Shown here in pieces: positions 1 through 10,993 of a DNA stretch of 32,000 nt. The stretch is taken from NCBI GenBank assembly GCA_905250115.1, contig CAJNOI010000100.1, positions 285,568 to 317,567 of the forward strand, written 5' to 3'. This DNA is from Adineta steineri (lineage: Eukaryota). A program made the position numbers and the translations under genes. Below the pieces are notes generated by a model. The model saw only the letters and a program-made list of their open reading frames with translations, was not told where the DNA came from and did no database searches. Every line of letters starts with the position of its first letter. Within the stretch, counting starts at the first letter, position 1.

Positions 1-611
1 CAGAAAATATTGCAACTGAGCTCGGACTCTCAAATGGTACACGTGGAATATTTCGTGAACTTGTGTATGATGAATTTGTTGAAAATTTTCAATACGACGA
101 AACAGTTTTTCCAAAGTATACTAAGTTTATAACACAGCCAAAATACGCTTTAGTAGAGTTCTCGAGTTGTAAGCTTGATTCTGGACTCAAAGATCTCAAA
201 AGCAAAATAGTTCCAATCTTTGTTACTGAGCAAACATTTCTTTTCGATGTCAAGGAACTTCTGACCGAACAAATTTCAAAAGCAGCAAAAATGGCTCGAC
301 GACCCATGAAAATTTCGATCAAGCGAAAAGCTCTACCATTAATACCAGCATACAGCATAACAACACATAAAAGTCAAGGTCAAACGTTGGGAAAAATTAT
401 TGTTGATCTCGTTACACCTCCTGGTCCTGTTGAAGTTGCATCGGTTTACGTTCCATTGTCTCGTGTTAAACGACTTGATGACCTTCTGATAGTGCGTCCT
501 TTTGACTTTTCATCGTTACAAGTAAAACCATCACCAGCACAACTGGAGGAACTCAACAGATTGGACAAGATTGCACAAAACACTCAAGAATATTTCGCTA
601 CACTTATTTAA
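1..611 (+). CDS. PIF1-like DNA helicase, C-terminal part (truncated by the left window edge; possibly Helitron or other mobile-element derived)
   Basis: The reading frame is open from base 3 (ENIATELGLSNGTRGIFRELVYDEF...), so the ORF-track start at 63 (GTG) is not the true start. It contains the NGTRGIF motif, AYSITTHKSQGQTLGKIIVDL (helicase motif V-like) and YVPLSRVKRLDDLLIVRPF (motif VI-like), typical of PIF1 family C-termini. Confidence 0.8.
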   Translation, partial: ENIATELGLSNGTRGIFRELVYDEFVENFQYDETVFPKYTKFITQPKYALVEFSSCKLDSGLKDLKSKIVPIFVTEQTFLFDVKELLTEQISKAAKMARRPMKISIKRKALPLIPAYSITTHKSQGQTLGKIIVDLVTPPGPVEVASVYVPLSRVKRLDDLLIVRPFDFSSLQVKPSPAQLEELNRLDKIAQNTQEYFATLI

Positions 612-1598
612 ATTATTTGTTTTTTAAAACCATTCTGATATCATTATAATCTCTGTGCATGAAAATGCTTATTATTTACTACAATTGCATTTCTTTTTGT
701 TTAAAGCTTTTCTCATTTTTGTTTGCTAATAATCTTTGCGTGAGTTGTTCTTTAAAATTAAAATTCATGAATGTATCACTACATAAAGTAAAGCCAATAA
801 TTGTAATCACCTGCAGGCATTACAAGCAATAACCGAACATAGATGAATAACACCAGTATGTCACTTGAAAAAAACATGCGCCACACATTTTTCATCTGCT
901 TGAAACAAATTTCGACTCATGTTGGACTATCAATTAGAAATATAGGACAATAGTCCTTACTTTTAATGCTGAGTTGGGTTCAATTAGGAAAATCATTTCA
1001 CAAGGAAAATAGTATACAGAATAACAGTATATACTTTTAATGCTGTATTGGTTTGGGTTGGGTTGAGTTGAATTAGAAAACTCGTTTTTACATGAAATGG
1101 ATACGAAAAATAAAGTCTATATTTTTTCAGCTAGAATGAGTAGTAGTTGTCGCTATTTTTAATGAAAACAATAATAATTCAGCATCAAATTAGCAATAAT
1201 AAATTTCAATTCATAGGAGAGAGCAAAAAATGTTTAAATGTTTTTATTAATCTTGGATTTGTATGAGATAATATTTCTATATTTATTTAAAACAAAGAAA
1301 TATTTCGTATATTGATAAAATAAGAAATCTTTGAAGTTTTTTTTCTTTGATAGTATTACACGTCTTTGAATATATCATTGAAAGAGATCTAAATATTTAT
1401 TATTTATTGATAAATAATTTCATTAAAAAATTGTTGTTTCTCAATTGTAAATAAGATGAATGTTGTTATATTCAGTAGTTAAGACTATAAATAAAATTTT
1501 GTTTTTTAATATAATTATCGAATTATTTATATTTTCTAGATAAAATAAATAGATTTAATTTTTGTATGAATGATTAAAATAATTGTAAAAGAACAAGT

Positions 1599-1973
1599 CT
1601 CAATGGACTTCGTCCTAAACTAATCCCTATCTCAATTATCCAAAAACAATTTACTGTTTTCATCAAGCAACTCTTCGGTCGACTGCTCAAACGTGTGGAA
1701 GGTGGGAAAGAAGCTCCATAATTGATTCGAACTACACGAACGCAACTGCCAACTGTACCTGACTTTGCAATAACTACATATAAGGCGGAAAAATTCACAA
1801 TGAACAGAATTGTAGTCGATCTTCAAGTTCCACTTATGACAAGGCCAGTAGCATCAGTATATGTACCACTCAGCAGAGTGAAGAGAGCGGAAGATGTAAT
1901 CATCCTTCGACCTTCTCTTGCTCAACACGCTGAATTGAAACGTCTGGATGAACTTGACCGAAAGACAAAATGA
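1599..1973 (+). pseudogene. Decayed PIF1-like helicase C-terminal fragment
   Basis: The frame from 1599 reads LNGLRPKLIPISIIQKQFTVFIKQLFGRLLKRVEGGKEAP*LIRTTRTQLPTVPDFAITTYKAEKFTMNRIVVDLQVPLMTRPVASVYVPLSRVKRAEDVIILRPSLAQHAELKRLDELDRKTK*. It is collinear with the ORF at 1-611 but has an in-frame TAA at 1719-1721, and the THKSQGQT motif has degraded to TYKAEKFT. Confidence 0.75.
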
Positions 1974-2724
1974 GAATGTATCTCTTTCACTTTTTGAATA
2001 TGTATAAATCGATCTTTTACTAAGACTCCAGTGTTATTCCAATCATATAAACTGTATTATAGTTTGAAATTATCTTAAAATAATTATTCATCTGTTCATT
2101 TGCTTTACCTTTTTATTTACATATATGTTAATCATTGTAATAACTGTTTTTTTTCTCTGATCGTATCAGATATTGCCTATCGTGTTCTTTGGTTTTGTTT
2201 TTTATGTAATCACGCATAATCTTTACAATTGTATTAATACTTATTTAGAATGTCTGACCCCTATCTAATATTTGCTATAAATATCTTATCTACACTAAAA
2301 ATAAGCTTATACACGTAATAATACATTAAAAATGTAACATCTGAAAACAATCCTTCTACGAGAAAGAACTCAGCGAATTTGTTGACGAGCGTTACTTGTT
2401 TAGTTAATTCCCTTTTCTGAAAGAAAGGGTTATACAGCGGTAAAATCATGGGCTTAAAATGATAAAAGTTTATCGGTCCAAGCCAATCAGAATTCAGCAC
2501 GTTACAAATCAACGAAAACTTAACTTTAGCCGCTAGAAACTGATTCCATATAGGTTTCCAGGTCGAAGAAGTCGAATCTGAGGTCAGTTCGGTGACTATG
2601 GTGAAGGAGGTGGGTGAACAGGTTGGTGAGTGGGTGAGAGGTCAAAAAACATACGATATCGAATTTGAGCAAAAGACATTTCTCGACGTATTTCGATACG
2701 GAGACTTTGAATCTGAGGTCGGTT

Positions 2725-2850
2725 GGGTGGTTGGGTGTGTGTTGTGAGTAAGTGTGGGTGTTGGTTCAGTCATTGCTGAAGATAAACCTCACATTCACAC
2801 GCACACTCGCCCGTACATCCACTGACAGTCACGCCACACTCACACCCTCA
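2725..2850. repeat. Telomere-like G-arm/C-arm element, degenerate
   Basis: GGTTGGGTGGTTGGGTGTGTGTTGTGAGTAAGTGTGGGTG on the left, CCACACTCACACCCTCA on the right. Confidence 0.55.
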
Positions 2851-2889
2851 AGAGAAATGAGTGTTTAGGATTCAATATACTTCTAATTG

Positions 2890-3958
2890 ATGTATCGAAA
2901 TTGTTTTATTAAATAATAATAACACTTAGTTACAACAAAACATATATATATGGTTGACAAAACCCAGAAAGAAAGAAAACATAAAAGAGAAAGAGAGAGA
3001 TAAAACATAAAAAATAAATCAGGGAGAAAGAGACGAGAGAGAGCGGAGGAGAAGGAAAATGTACCGATAGGAAAGAAACAAGAAACAAGAAACAAGAAGG
3101 AGGAGATAAGAAGATCACGTATTAGTGAAACGGGCGGGAGGGGTACCGTTCGAAACGATGTCTTCCTATTGTCTTGGCACTGTGTGGTTAGAAAGGATGT
3201 CCTTCTATTTCCTTGGTACAGTATTGTTAAAGTTGTCGGCGTTTTGGTCAATACTACTTACTTGTTTTATTTCGCACCATTTTTTGGAGGAATTGTTTCA
3301 TTTTACGGTTTGATTGAGGTGTGTGTTTTCGTTTGTATACGCTTGGTTTTGTGGGTGTGGGGGTGGACGGTTTTATCTGCTTGCCATGATGAGTTCTGGA
3401 AACGTGCGCGAATTCGCACTGCTTGCTGAATATTAATGACAATATATTACACCAAAACAAAATACATATAGTCCACAAAACCCAGACGAAGAAAAAAAAT
3501 GAAAGAGAAGGAGAGAGAGAAAGACTAGAGAGAGCGGAGAAGAAGGAAAATGTACGGATAGGAAAGAAACAAGAAACAGGAAGGAGAGGATAAAAAGATC
3601 ACATATTAGTGAAATGGGCGGGACGAATACCGTTCGAAACGATGTTCTTAGTTTCTGTAATTGACAGTGCTGTTGAAATCGTCGGCGTTTTTTATCAACT
3701 ATCCATTCTATGTGAAAGAAATTGAACAGTAATAATCGATCACAAGTTATTCTGCATATAGGAAAATATTTTCTTGAAAGATACATACCCTTTTTTTTTA
3801 GAAAATTTTTCCGGGGAATTTTTTTCCCTATTATTGTTTGATTGAGGTGTGTGTTTTCGTTTGTATACGCTTGATTTTCTGGATATGGGGGTGGGTGGTT
3901 TTATTTGCTTCCCATGAAGAGTTCTTGAAACGTGCACAGATTCGCACTGCTTGCTGAA
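2890..3958. repeat. Tandem duplication, unit about 520-528 bp, two diverged copies (about 2890-3430 and about 3431-3958)
   Basis: Matched blocks in the same order in both copies: ACAAAACCCAGA(A/C)GAA; GAGAGAGCGGAG(G/A)AGAAGGAAAATGTAC(C)GATAGGAAAGAAACAAGAAAC; ATTAGTGAAA(C/T)GGGCGGGA..TACCGTTCGAAACGATGT; GTCGGCGTTTT; GTTTGATTGAGGTGTGTGTTTTCGTTTGTATACGCTTG; CGCACTGCTTGCTGAA. Confidence 0.8.
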
Positions 3959-4400
3959 GGTTAATTACATACTTCTTTGATTTCGGACCATTTTTTTGCA
4001 GGAATATTTTCCATATTATTATTTGTTTGAGGTGTGTGTTTTCGTTTGTATACGCTTGATTTTGTGGGTGTGGGGGTGGACGGTTTTATTTGCTTCCCAT
4101 GATGAGTTTTGGAAACGTGCACGAATTTGCATTGCTTGTTTATGTGATTGGATAGTTTTCTTTGTCAGCCATGAAGACTCCTAGAAACGTGGGCGGATTT
4201 GCGCTTGTTGTTTATGCGTTTGTGCGGTTTTATTTGCCATCTTGAGGATGTGGGTGTGGAGGTGGACGGTTTTATTTGCTTCCCATGATGAGTTTTGGAA
4301 ACGTGTACGAATTCGCACTGGTTGTTTATACGTTTGGGTTGTTATATTTGCCTTCCAGGACGGATTTTCAAAACGGTCACGCATTTGCGCTTCTTGCTTA
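3959..4400. repeat. Further truncated or degenerate copies of the 3' part of the 520-bp unit, with a telomere-like core
   Basis: GAGGTGTGTGTTTTCGTTTGTATACGCTTGATTTTGTGGGTGTGGGGGTGGACGGTTTTATTTGCTTCCCATGATGAGTTTTGGAAACGTGCACGAATTTGCA (about 4030-4135). The blocks recur as partial units near 4165-4230, 4235-4340 and 4340-4400 (GTGGGTGTGGAGGTGGACGGTTTTATTTGCTTCCCATGATGAGTTTTGGAAACGTG). Confidence 0.75.
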
Positions 4401-4496
4401 CAGAACAGCTTAAATAACTTTGTATGTCATTGACCCGACATTTGCTTATTTGTAGACGATAATGTAGAATATAGTAGGAGTAAAGGTAAACCATCT

Positions 4497-4584
4497 TGAG
4501 GGTGGGTGTATGTGTAGGCGTGGGTGTGGGAGTGGGTGCGGGTGTGGATGAAGAAGCCAACAGCGCCTAACCAACACCCTCCCT
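4497..4584. repeat. Telomere-like G-arm/C-arm element
   Basis: TTGAGGGTGGGTGTATGTGTAGGCGTGGGTGTGGGAGTGGGTGCGGGTGTGG, then a short spacer, then CCAACACCCTCCC. Confidence 0.55.
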
Positions 4585-7500
4585 AGATATAATTTTTTAT
4601 GACTTACTCTTTCATTTCAAGGTGGCATACAGTTTTATTTCCGCAATTCAAGTAGCGATAAGAAGATATGTTGTAATTGCAAACTTTTTTAATGATGTAT
4701 GAATAAAATTTATCTTTAGGAATTATCAGTGATTCGGGTGTTTGGAAGTCATAATTTTTGATACGTAGACGGAATGTATGAAGAAAAGAGAGGGAGATGG
4801 CCAGCAGGAAATGGTATCAATATTCATACGTCCGAATATTTAAAATCTAAAAAAATTAATATAAATATTAATTTGAATAAGAAGAAATGTAATCGATAAC
4901 AAATAGATCACGTTAACATCTATCGTCTGTCTAGTGAAAAATATGATGACAGTTCATCTAATCCAATTTATAAGTTAGTTTGCACATTCTATTATCTGAC
5001 GTTTTTTTACGCAGCATTTGACAGAAGTTTAGACAATAACGACTAGAACATCGACGAAAATCGAAACGAGCAACGAGTTTAAATACATGATTTGATATTT
5101 GAATCTCGTCAAATCTCATTAAATGAAAATTGTTTGAATTTATCATTCATGTATTTTGCCGCTTTTGAATACGACATAAAGATATTAAATTGTTCGAATT
5201 ATTTCGTATTTGTAACAGTTGATCGTTTGGTTTATTTTGAGTATTTCCATAAATGCCTATCAACACCTATCCTTTTATACCGATAGATTGTGCTTTATAC
5301 CGAATACATCTTAAATATCTAATAAGTAATTAATTCTGCAAATAAGAACTCAAAAAAAATTGAAATCGAATTGAAATTGTAATAGAACAAATTACATTTT
5401 AACATCAATAATTTACAAGTTATAGAGAGTATTCTTAGATAAACTGAACAACATGTAACAATAATTGGCGATCAATTTTTGGATTGATGATATCTGAGTT
5501 GACAAATGTGCACATATTTTTAAACAATACAGATATCGATCTTTTTCGATATTATGAACGATATAAACCAACTTTTGAGATTGCCTTTGACATTATTGTT
5601 TATTTAAATAAGAAAATAGCTCATCTTTTGCTTTCTTAAATTTATAGAGAAAAAAAGTTTCTTCAAGTCGTATGTAAAAAATCAATGTTAAATATTTAAT
5701 TTAGTTATTTGTACATTCTTGAAAAATAATAAAATAATTCAATGACTTAGATGCAATAGAGAAGCTTGTTTCAATAGAAATAGTATTTGTTTAACTGAAT
5801 TGAAAACAATCTGTTTCTCGATAAAAAAGTTATTTACCACAAGCATAAAGTATTGAGGACAGCTGATTAAATGTCACCACTTAAACATAATCCGAAGGTA
5901 TATTTTCAACTCGTTGAAGAATAACTTTGAAAAAATTAGTTTATCAAATAAAAGCATTCATCAACTATGATTTTATTTATTTAGATTTAAGTTTTCTCGA
6001 TTTGTTTCCACTTTGAAAATGATGCCAACATTTTTAATTTATCTTAAATTGGAAAAACCAAAAAAAGATAAAAATTATTAAATTAGTGGGTATTTTATGT
6101 GTTTCAAAATAAAACAGATTGGTTGATATGAATGAACCAATACGATAAAAAGAATGAAAGACAATGATCACAATAGACTCTACACAGGGGTAAACATCGA
6201 TACATATTTTATATTTTAATTTGATAGAAGTAGTATTCATATTATATTTTGTCGTTTAACAAAAGTATTTTTTGTATTAATAAATACTTCGATATCTCAG
6301 CTTTCTTTTAGACATTCATAATTATCATAAATTTTATTTGTAATCATTTTTCTATTTAATCGTTTCGTGTTTGAATATTTTATTTATTAAAGTTGATTTG
6401 ATTTAACAGAATTATCTCAATCTAAAAAGTGAATTAAATTTAATTATATTTATTTGAAATTATTATCGATAAAATTTTATAACATTATTTCGTTTCTATA
6501 ATGTTAAAATAAGATTAATTCAATGTATTTCATTCGTTCTAATGAAATATATAGTTTGTCAAATATAACTATTATGTTGTAATTAGAAAAAAATATATTT
6601 GATATGATTGTTTTATTTTATTTCAATTCAACTAATTTAAAACAATACCATTATTTGTTTACAACTTAAATAAGCTGAATTTTATTTAATATATACTTTG
6701 ATTAAGAGCTATTTTGCATAGTGCAACTTTTTCGAACTAGTTTTTTGAAAATTTTACGTTTTAACATATTTTGCTTTCCTGTCATGGAATATTTCGAAAT
6801 AGATATTTTAAACTATTTTTTCGCTAAAATATTAGATATATGACATGTTACTTTGTGAAGCTGAAATAAGCTAATTAATTCTTTTATCTTTGTAATTTAG
6901 AATATATTAGATGTAATGTTCGTGCTGTTCATATCAACAGACAAATGAATAATATATTTTTTGTTTTGTTAGAGATTCCTTTCAAATGTTCCAATTTTTT
7001 TTAATTCTATATCGAAAGCAAAGATTGATCATACGAAAAGCTAGTTATAGAAGCTTTTTTCCTTTTTATCTAATCATAATTCAAAACATGATCCAATACA
7101 AACAACTATTGAGTGTTATAATAATATTTTCTCTGATTTTTAGGTTTATGCAAATATGAAATTCATCCAGAATCTCAATTACAATTATTTATTTCTTTAA
7201 TTGTAAATCATATCAATAGTCGATTTAATACACGTAAGTTATTTTTTATTTAGATTATGTATTTTTTTGTTAGGCTATTCTATCGATTAACTTCACAGCA
7301 AGCTAATGCTTCTTTCGCTATTTTTCTTGCATTTTTTATCTGCAGTAAATATTTATGTTTATTTTCTATAATTTTTACAATTAAATAAATATATAAATAG
7401 ATGTAATACATATATTATTCAAAGTAGAATACTTTCTTGAAAGACACAATTTGAAGCGAAATTAAATACAGATATAATCAGCGATGAAATGTTCAGAAAG

Positions 7501-7837
7501 TTTTCGTTAATCTAACATGAATCATTTTATATTATATATGATTTGACATAAAGATGATACAATAATTATAAATTACGATTTTATTAGAAATGTTCGTTTT
7601 AAGACTAATCTGTAAATTCATACAAGATCATATATTAATTTCATGTATAATGTTTTCAGAATCATATAAGAACTTATAGTTAGATTATTGTATTTGAATG
7701 ATTGAGAAAATCTGTTTTTCAGTTGAATATTGTTAAGAAAAGTTGGTATTCTTATATTAGCTGTTAGAAATATACGTAGTTGGAGTTTTTATCAACACTC
7801 TGTCCTTGACTGGTACAGTCATCTAATGAAAATATTT

Positions 7838-7935
7838 AGGGTGTGAGTGTGGGTGGGCGGGTGTGAGTGTGGTTACCATGTGTATCTAGAATACACCGAA
7901 ACATCCACAACCACACACCACCAACACCCACCCTC
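7838..7935. repeat. Telomere-like G-arm/C-arm element
   Basis: AGGGTGTGAGTGTGGGTGGGCGGGTGTGAGTGTGG, spacer, CCACAACCACACACCACCAACACCCACCCTC. Confidence 0.7.
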
Positions 7936-8977
7936 AAACTACGTTAATCTTTTTCTTTTTTTTGTATTCATTAAACCTTACAAATGGCCAATAATATTTT
8001 TGATGCTTTTATTGAAATGGTTAGAGGCTCAACATAGATGGAAGAAATTTGAAAAGGTCATGCTCAACGTTGCCAGATTGGAAAGTAAAAAATTCGATAA
8101 TTTTTTTAAATCGGAAAAAAATCGAAGAGTGGTTTTTCAGTGCCTAAATACCTAATATGTTTTTCAGTTAGCACAATATGATTTGTCCTGATCCTATTTA
8201 TGTTTTAAACATTATTGTAAAACGTATTTTATAGCAGAAAAACAAAAAAATCAGTATACTCCTGCGATTCAGTCATTATGACGAACATTATATGAGCTAT
8301 TTAGTCTCGAACTCACAAAGATAGAAGAAAAAGTATAAACTATACATATATACCGATATATGTCATAAATAATTTATAAAAAAAATAAAGTTCATTCCGT
8401 ATCACGACTTTTGTTTCGTTTCTATTTTCAATTAGCTCGAATTTCCTTCGATAAATCTCATAACCGAGAAAGCTAGTTGCTCAAGATAGAAAATTTAACC
8501 TTTTTGTCTACACGGCACGCTACTTTTATTAAAGGAAGAGCAATTAGTAACCCCAAGTGTCTAACAGCAGCAGCAGAATTCAGTGAAGTTATGACACAGA
8601 ACTGATCAATAATTAGAGGAGAAGAACGATAGAATACTGTACATATAGGAATGAGTTATAGTTAAGTTTTAGTAAAATGCTCAAAAACTTAATTCTACAA
8701 AAAAATCCCAAAAAGCAGAAAATCGAAAACTAATTGAAAGAAACCAGAACGTCGAAAAGCCGCTAGAAAAAAGTTCAAAAATCAGAATTTTTACTGTTAT
8801 ATCAGAACGTCTGGCATCCCTGTCTACCAGCACAGCATGATGGTAAATATGATCTATATATAATATATATGTCCATACCCATATCAACATCCACAACCTT
8901 TATGAAAAATAATTTTATTTTTTAAAATATTATTTACCGAATCAGTTTAAAAACGATTTCAAACAACTAATGACAGA

Positions 8978-9560
8978 TTTGAATTCTTCGATCCCGACTA
9001 CCTTCCATCCAACTTTATGAGAAAAACATTTTTGTATAAAAAAATGATCCTTTATTTTAAATAATTGGTATTAAAAAACTTTTTTAAAAACTAACATCAA
9101 ATTTGGATTCCTAGACCCTGATTATCTTTGATCAAACTTCATCAGAAAAAATATTTTTGTAAAAACTTGATCCAATATTAAAAAAATATTCCTTTGTTAA
9201 AAAATATTGTTTAGGAAATTTTTGTAAAAATATTCCTTAAAAAGTTTTTGTAAAGAAGTGATCTTTTGATCAAAACTATCGTTTAAAAAATTTTCGTAAA
9301 AAAATATTACTCAAAAAGTTTTTGTAAAAAAGTGATTCTTTGATCAAAACTATCGTTTAAAAAATTTTTGTAAAAAAATATTACTCAAAAAATATTACTC
9401 AAAAAATATTACCAAAAACATTTTTGTAAAAAAATATTACTAAAAAAATTTTTGGTAAAAAAATATTACTAAAAAAATTTTGTAAAAAACTAACATCGCA
9501 TTCGAGTTCTCCGACCCCAATTACCCTTTGGTCAACCTTTACAGCACGAAAGAATTAGAA
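8978..9560. repeat. AT-rich degenerate tandem-repeat region
   Basis: Two about 74-bp copies of AAAGTTTTTGTAAA(G/A)AAGTGAT(C)TTTGATCAAAACTATCGTTTAAAAAATTTT(C/T)GTAAAAAAATATTACTC (about 9240-9385), several copies of a shorter TTTTTGTAAAAAAATATTACT(A/C) unit (about 9361-9490), and three diverged copies of a flanking block with CCTAGACCCTGATTATCTTTGATCAAAC and ACTAACATC. Confidence 0.65.
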
Positions 9561-9583
9561 CTTTAAATCAACCAATCAGACAG

Positions 9584-9624
9584 CGAACGGACGGACGGAC
9601 GGACGGATTCACGAACGAACGAAG
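9584..9624. repeat. Tetranucleotide microsatellite (GGAC)n followed by (ACGA)n
   Basis: CGAACGGACGGACGGACGGACGGATTCACGAACGAACGAAG. Confidence 0.9.
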
Positions 9625-9746
9625 TTTGCTCATTCTGCGTAATACCCTCCTTTCAGTAGAGGGAATAAAATTAAATCTAGTGAAACAAAATAAAATAATA
9701 TAACAAGTAACGCTCGCACACAGGCTCGCTCAGCTCTTTCTCGTAC

Positions 9747-9816
9747 AAGGGTATGGGTGTGGGTGAGTCTGTATGGGCTATAGTTACGAGTAGAGACATC
9801 CACACCCACACCCTTT
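9747..9816. repeat. Telomere-like G-arm/C-arm element
   Basis: AAGGGTATGGGTGTGGGTGAGTCTGT, spacer of about 25 bp, GACATCCACACCCACACCCTTTT. The arms are imperfect reverse complements. Confidence 0.75.
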
Positions 9817-10609
9817 TGGTGAAATATAATGTAATCTTAGGTAATTACTGGGTAATGTTTATGAATTACATAGTAATCTTGCAAGATTACATGATTTTTA
9901 TGCAAATTATATAAGCAATTGTGTGGAATGAAAAGAAAGCGGTACTGAAATCATATGATTTGAGACAACTGAGCTTCGAAAATTAGAAAATTGTGTTAAA
10001 TTTAACGATCATATTTGCGTGGATGAAGTAATTATCGCCGAATGTTTTATTAATATACTGATATCCTATGAAAAACGGTCGAATCGGAGTGTTTTCCGAT
10101 GTATGACTGCGATCGGATCCAATCGGATTTTCCTGGCTTTTCTGCTAATTCCTGATATATTCCGACGTCGTATCCGATAGTTTTTGGTCGGATCTACCGG
10201 TCGGAATGAATCACCTGGGATATTAGTTGTTGCTGTTGCTCTTCTCTTCAGTACATTTGCTCTCTTTGATATTTTATTTAAGAACTCGGACATTGATCTG
10301 GACATATTCTCTCAAAATATTGCTTTTTCTATGAGCTTGATAAATGTTTCTCGGTCATGCCATCATGAGATTATTCATTAAACAACTATTAACTTTTATT
10401 CTTCTTTCTAAAATAAATAAGTTTAATTGTTGTTATCACTGTTGCATAATGGGATCGTAGTATGTATCAGAATATCTACATCCACCCTCAAGTTTATTAA
10501 TTAAATGAAAGATAAAATACAACTTCGTTATACAAAATCGTGTCTCTTTTTGGTTGAAGATCGATCTATTTACATGATAATAAAGATATTGTACAAATAT
10601 AATGTTGTT

Positions 10610-10993
10610 TCAATGTGAAGGACAATAACGTATCATTTCAGCAACAGTACATAAAGTTTCACAACAAGCTTCAGTAAGCAATTTTCGTCGTAAAGATTTA
10701 CGAACACGTCGTTTACTTGGCACTTTATGTTTTTCATTTTTAATAACATCACAAGCAATACTAACCATTTGTAACAAATACATACCACATGCATTATAAG
10801 CTCGTTGAAGTGCACAATCTTCCACTTTGTAAAGTTTTCCTTTTATTTCGATAACTTGATCTTCTTCTAACAAATGTCCATCATACTCTACAGTGCAATT
10901 ATTATTAGTAGAAGGTAAAATCGTTTCACTATGGATATTTTCATGGAGTAAGATCCATACGAATAATATATAGCTGAAAAAGAACATCATCAT
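10610..10993 (-). CDS. Insulin/relaxin-like peptide precursor (about 127 aa if it starts at the first ATG of MMMFFFSYILF...)
   Basis: Hydrophobic signal peptide MMMFFFSYILFVWILLHENIHS; B-chain-like CGMYLLQMVSIAC (C-x11-C with CG); connecting region with basic cleavage-like sites (SKRR, RRK); A-chain-like ACCETLCTVAEMIRYC (CC-x3-C-x8-C); stop shortly after. A TTTCTTTTCAG acceptor-like sequence lies just upstream, suggesting a 5'UTR intron, so the ORF-track start at 11077 is probably too far upstream. Confidence 0.85.
   Translation of the reverse strand: MMMFFFSYILFVWILLHENIHSETILPSTNNNCTVEYDGHLLEEDQVIEIKGKLYKVEDCALQRAYNACGMYLLQMVSIACDVIKNEKHKVPSKRRVRKSLRRKLLTEACCETLCTVAEMIRYCPSH

Noticed and set aside
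2883-4560. Multiple 60-122 aa ORFs on both strands (e.g. 2883..3251 -, 3433..3786 -, 3996..4184 +, 4181..4384 -, 4242..4433 +)
   Set aside because: They overlap on both strands within the tandem repeats. Their low-complexity peptides follow directly from the purine-rich and G-rich repeat DNA, with no domain signature.
5000-7700. Long AT-rich interval scanned for genes
   Set aside because: Only short ORFs with AT-driven composition were found (e.g. 4958..5146, 5092..5286, 6034..6240). No supported gene or RNA feature could be defended.
7847-8155. 102-aa plus-strand ORF MWVGGCECGYHVYLEYTE...
   Set aside because: Its N-terminus is a translation of the paired-arm repeat and the remainder has no recognisable motif, so it is probably not a gene.
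7838-9816. Simple classical MITE with fixed TIR and conserved interior
   Set aside because: Spacers differ completely between copies and I could not identify consistent target-site duplications by eye. This is left open rather than asserted.
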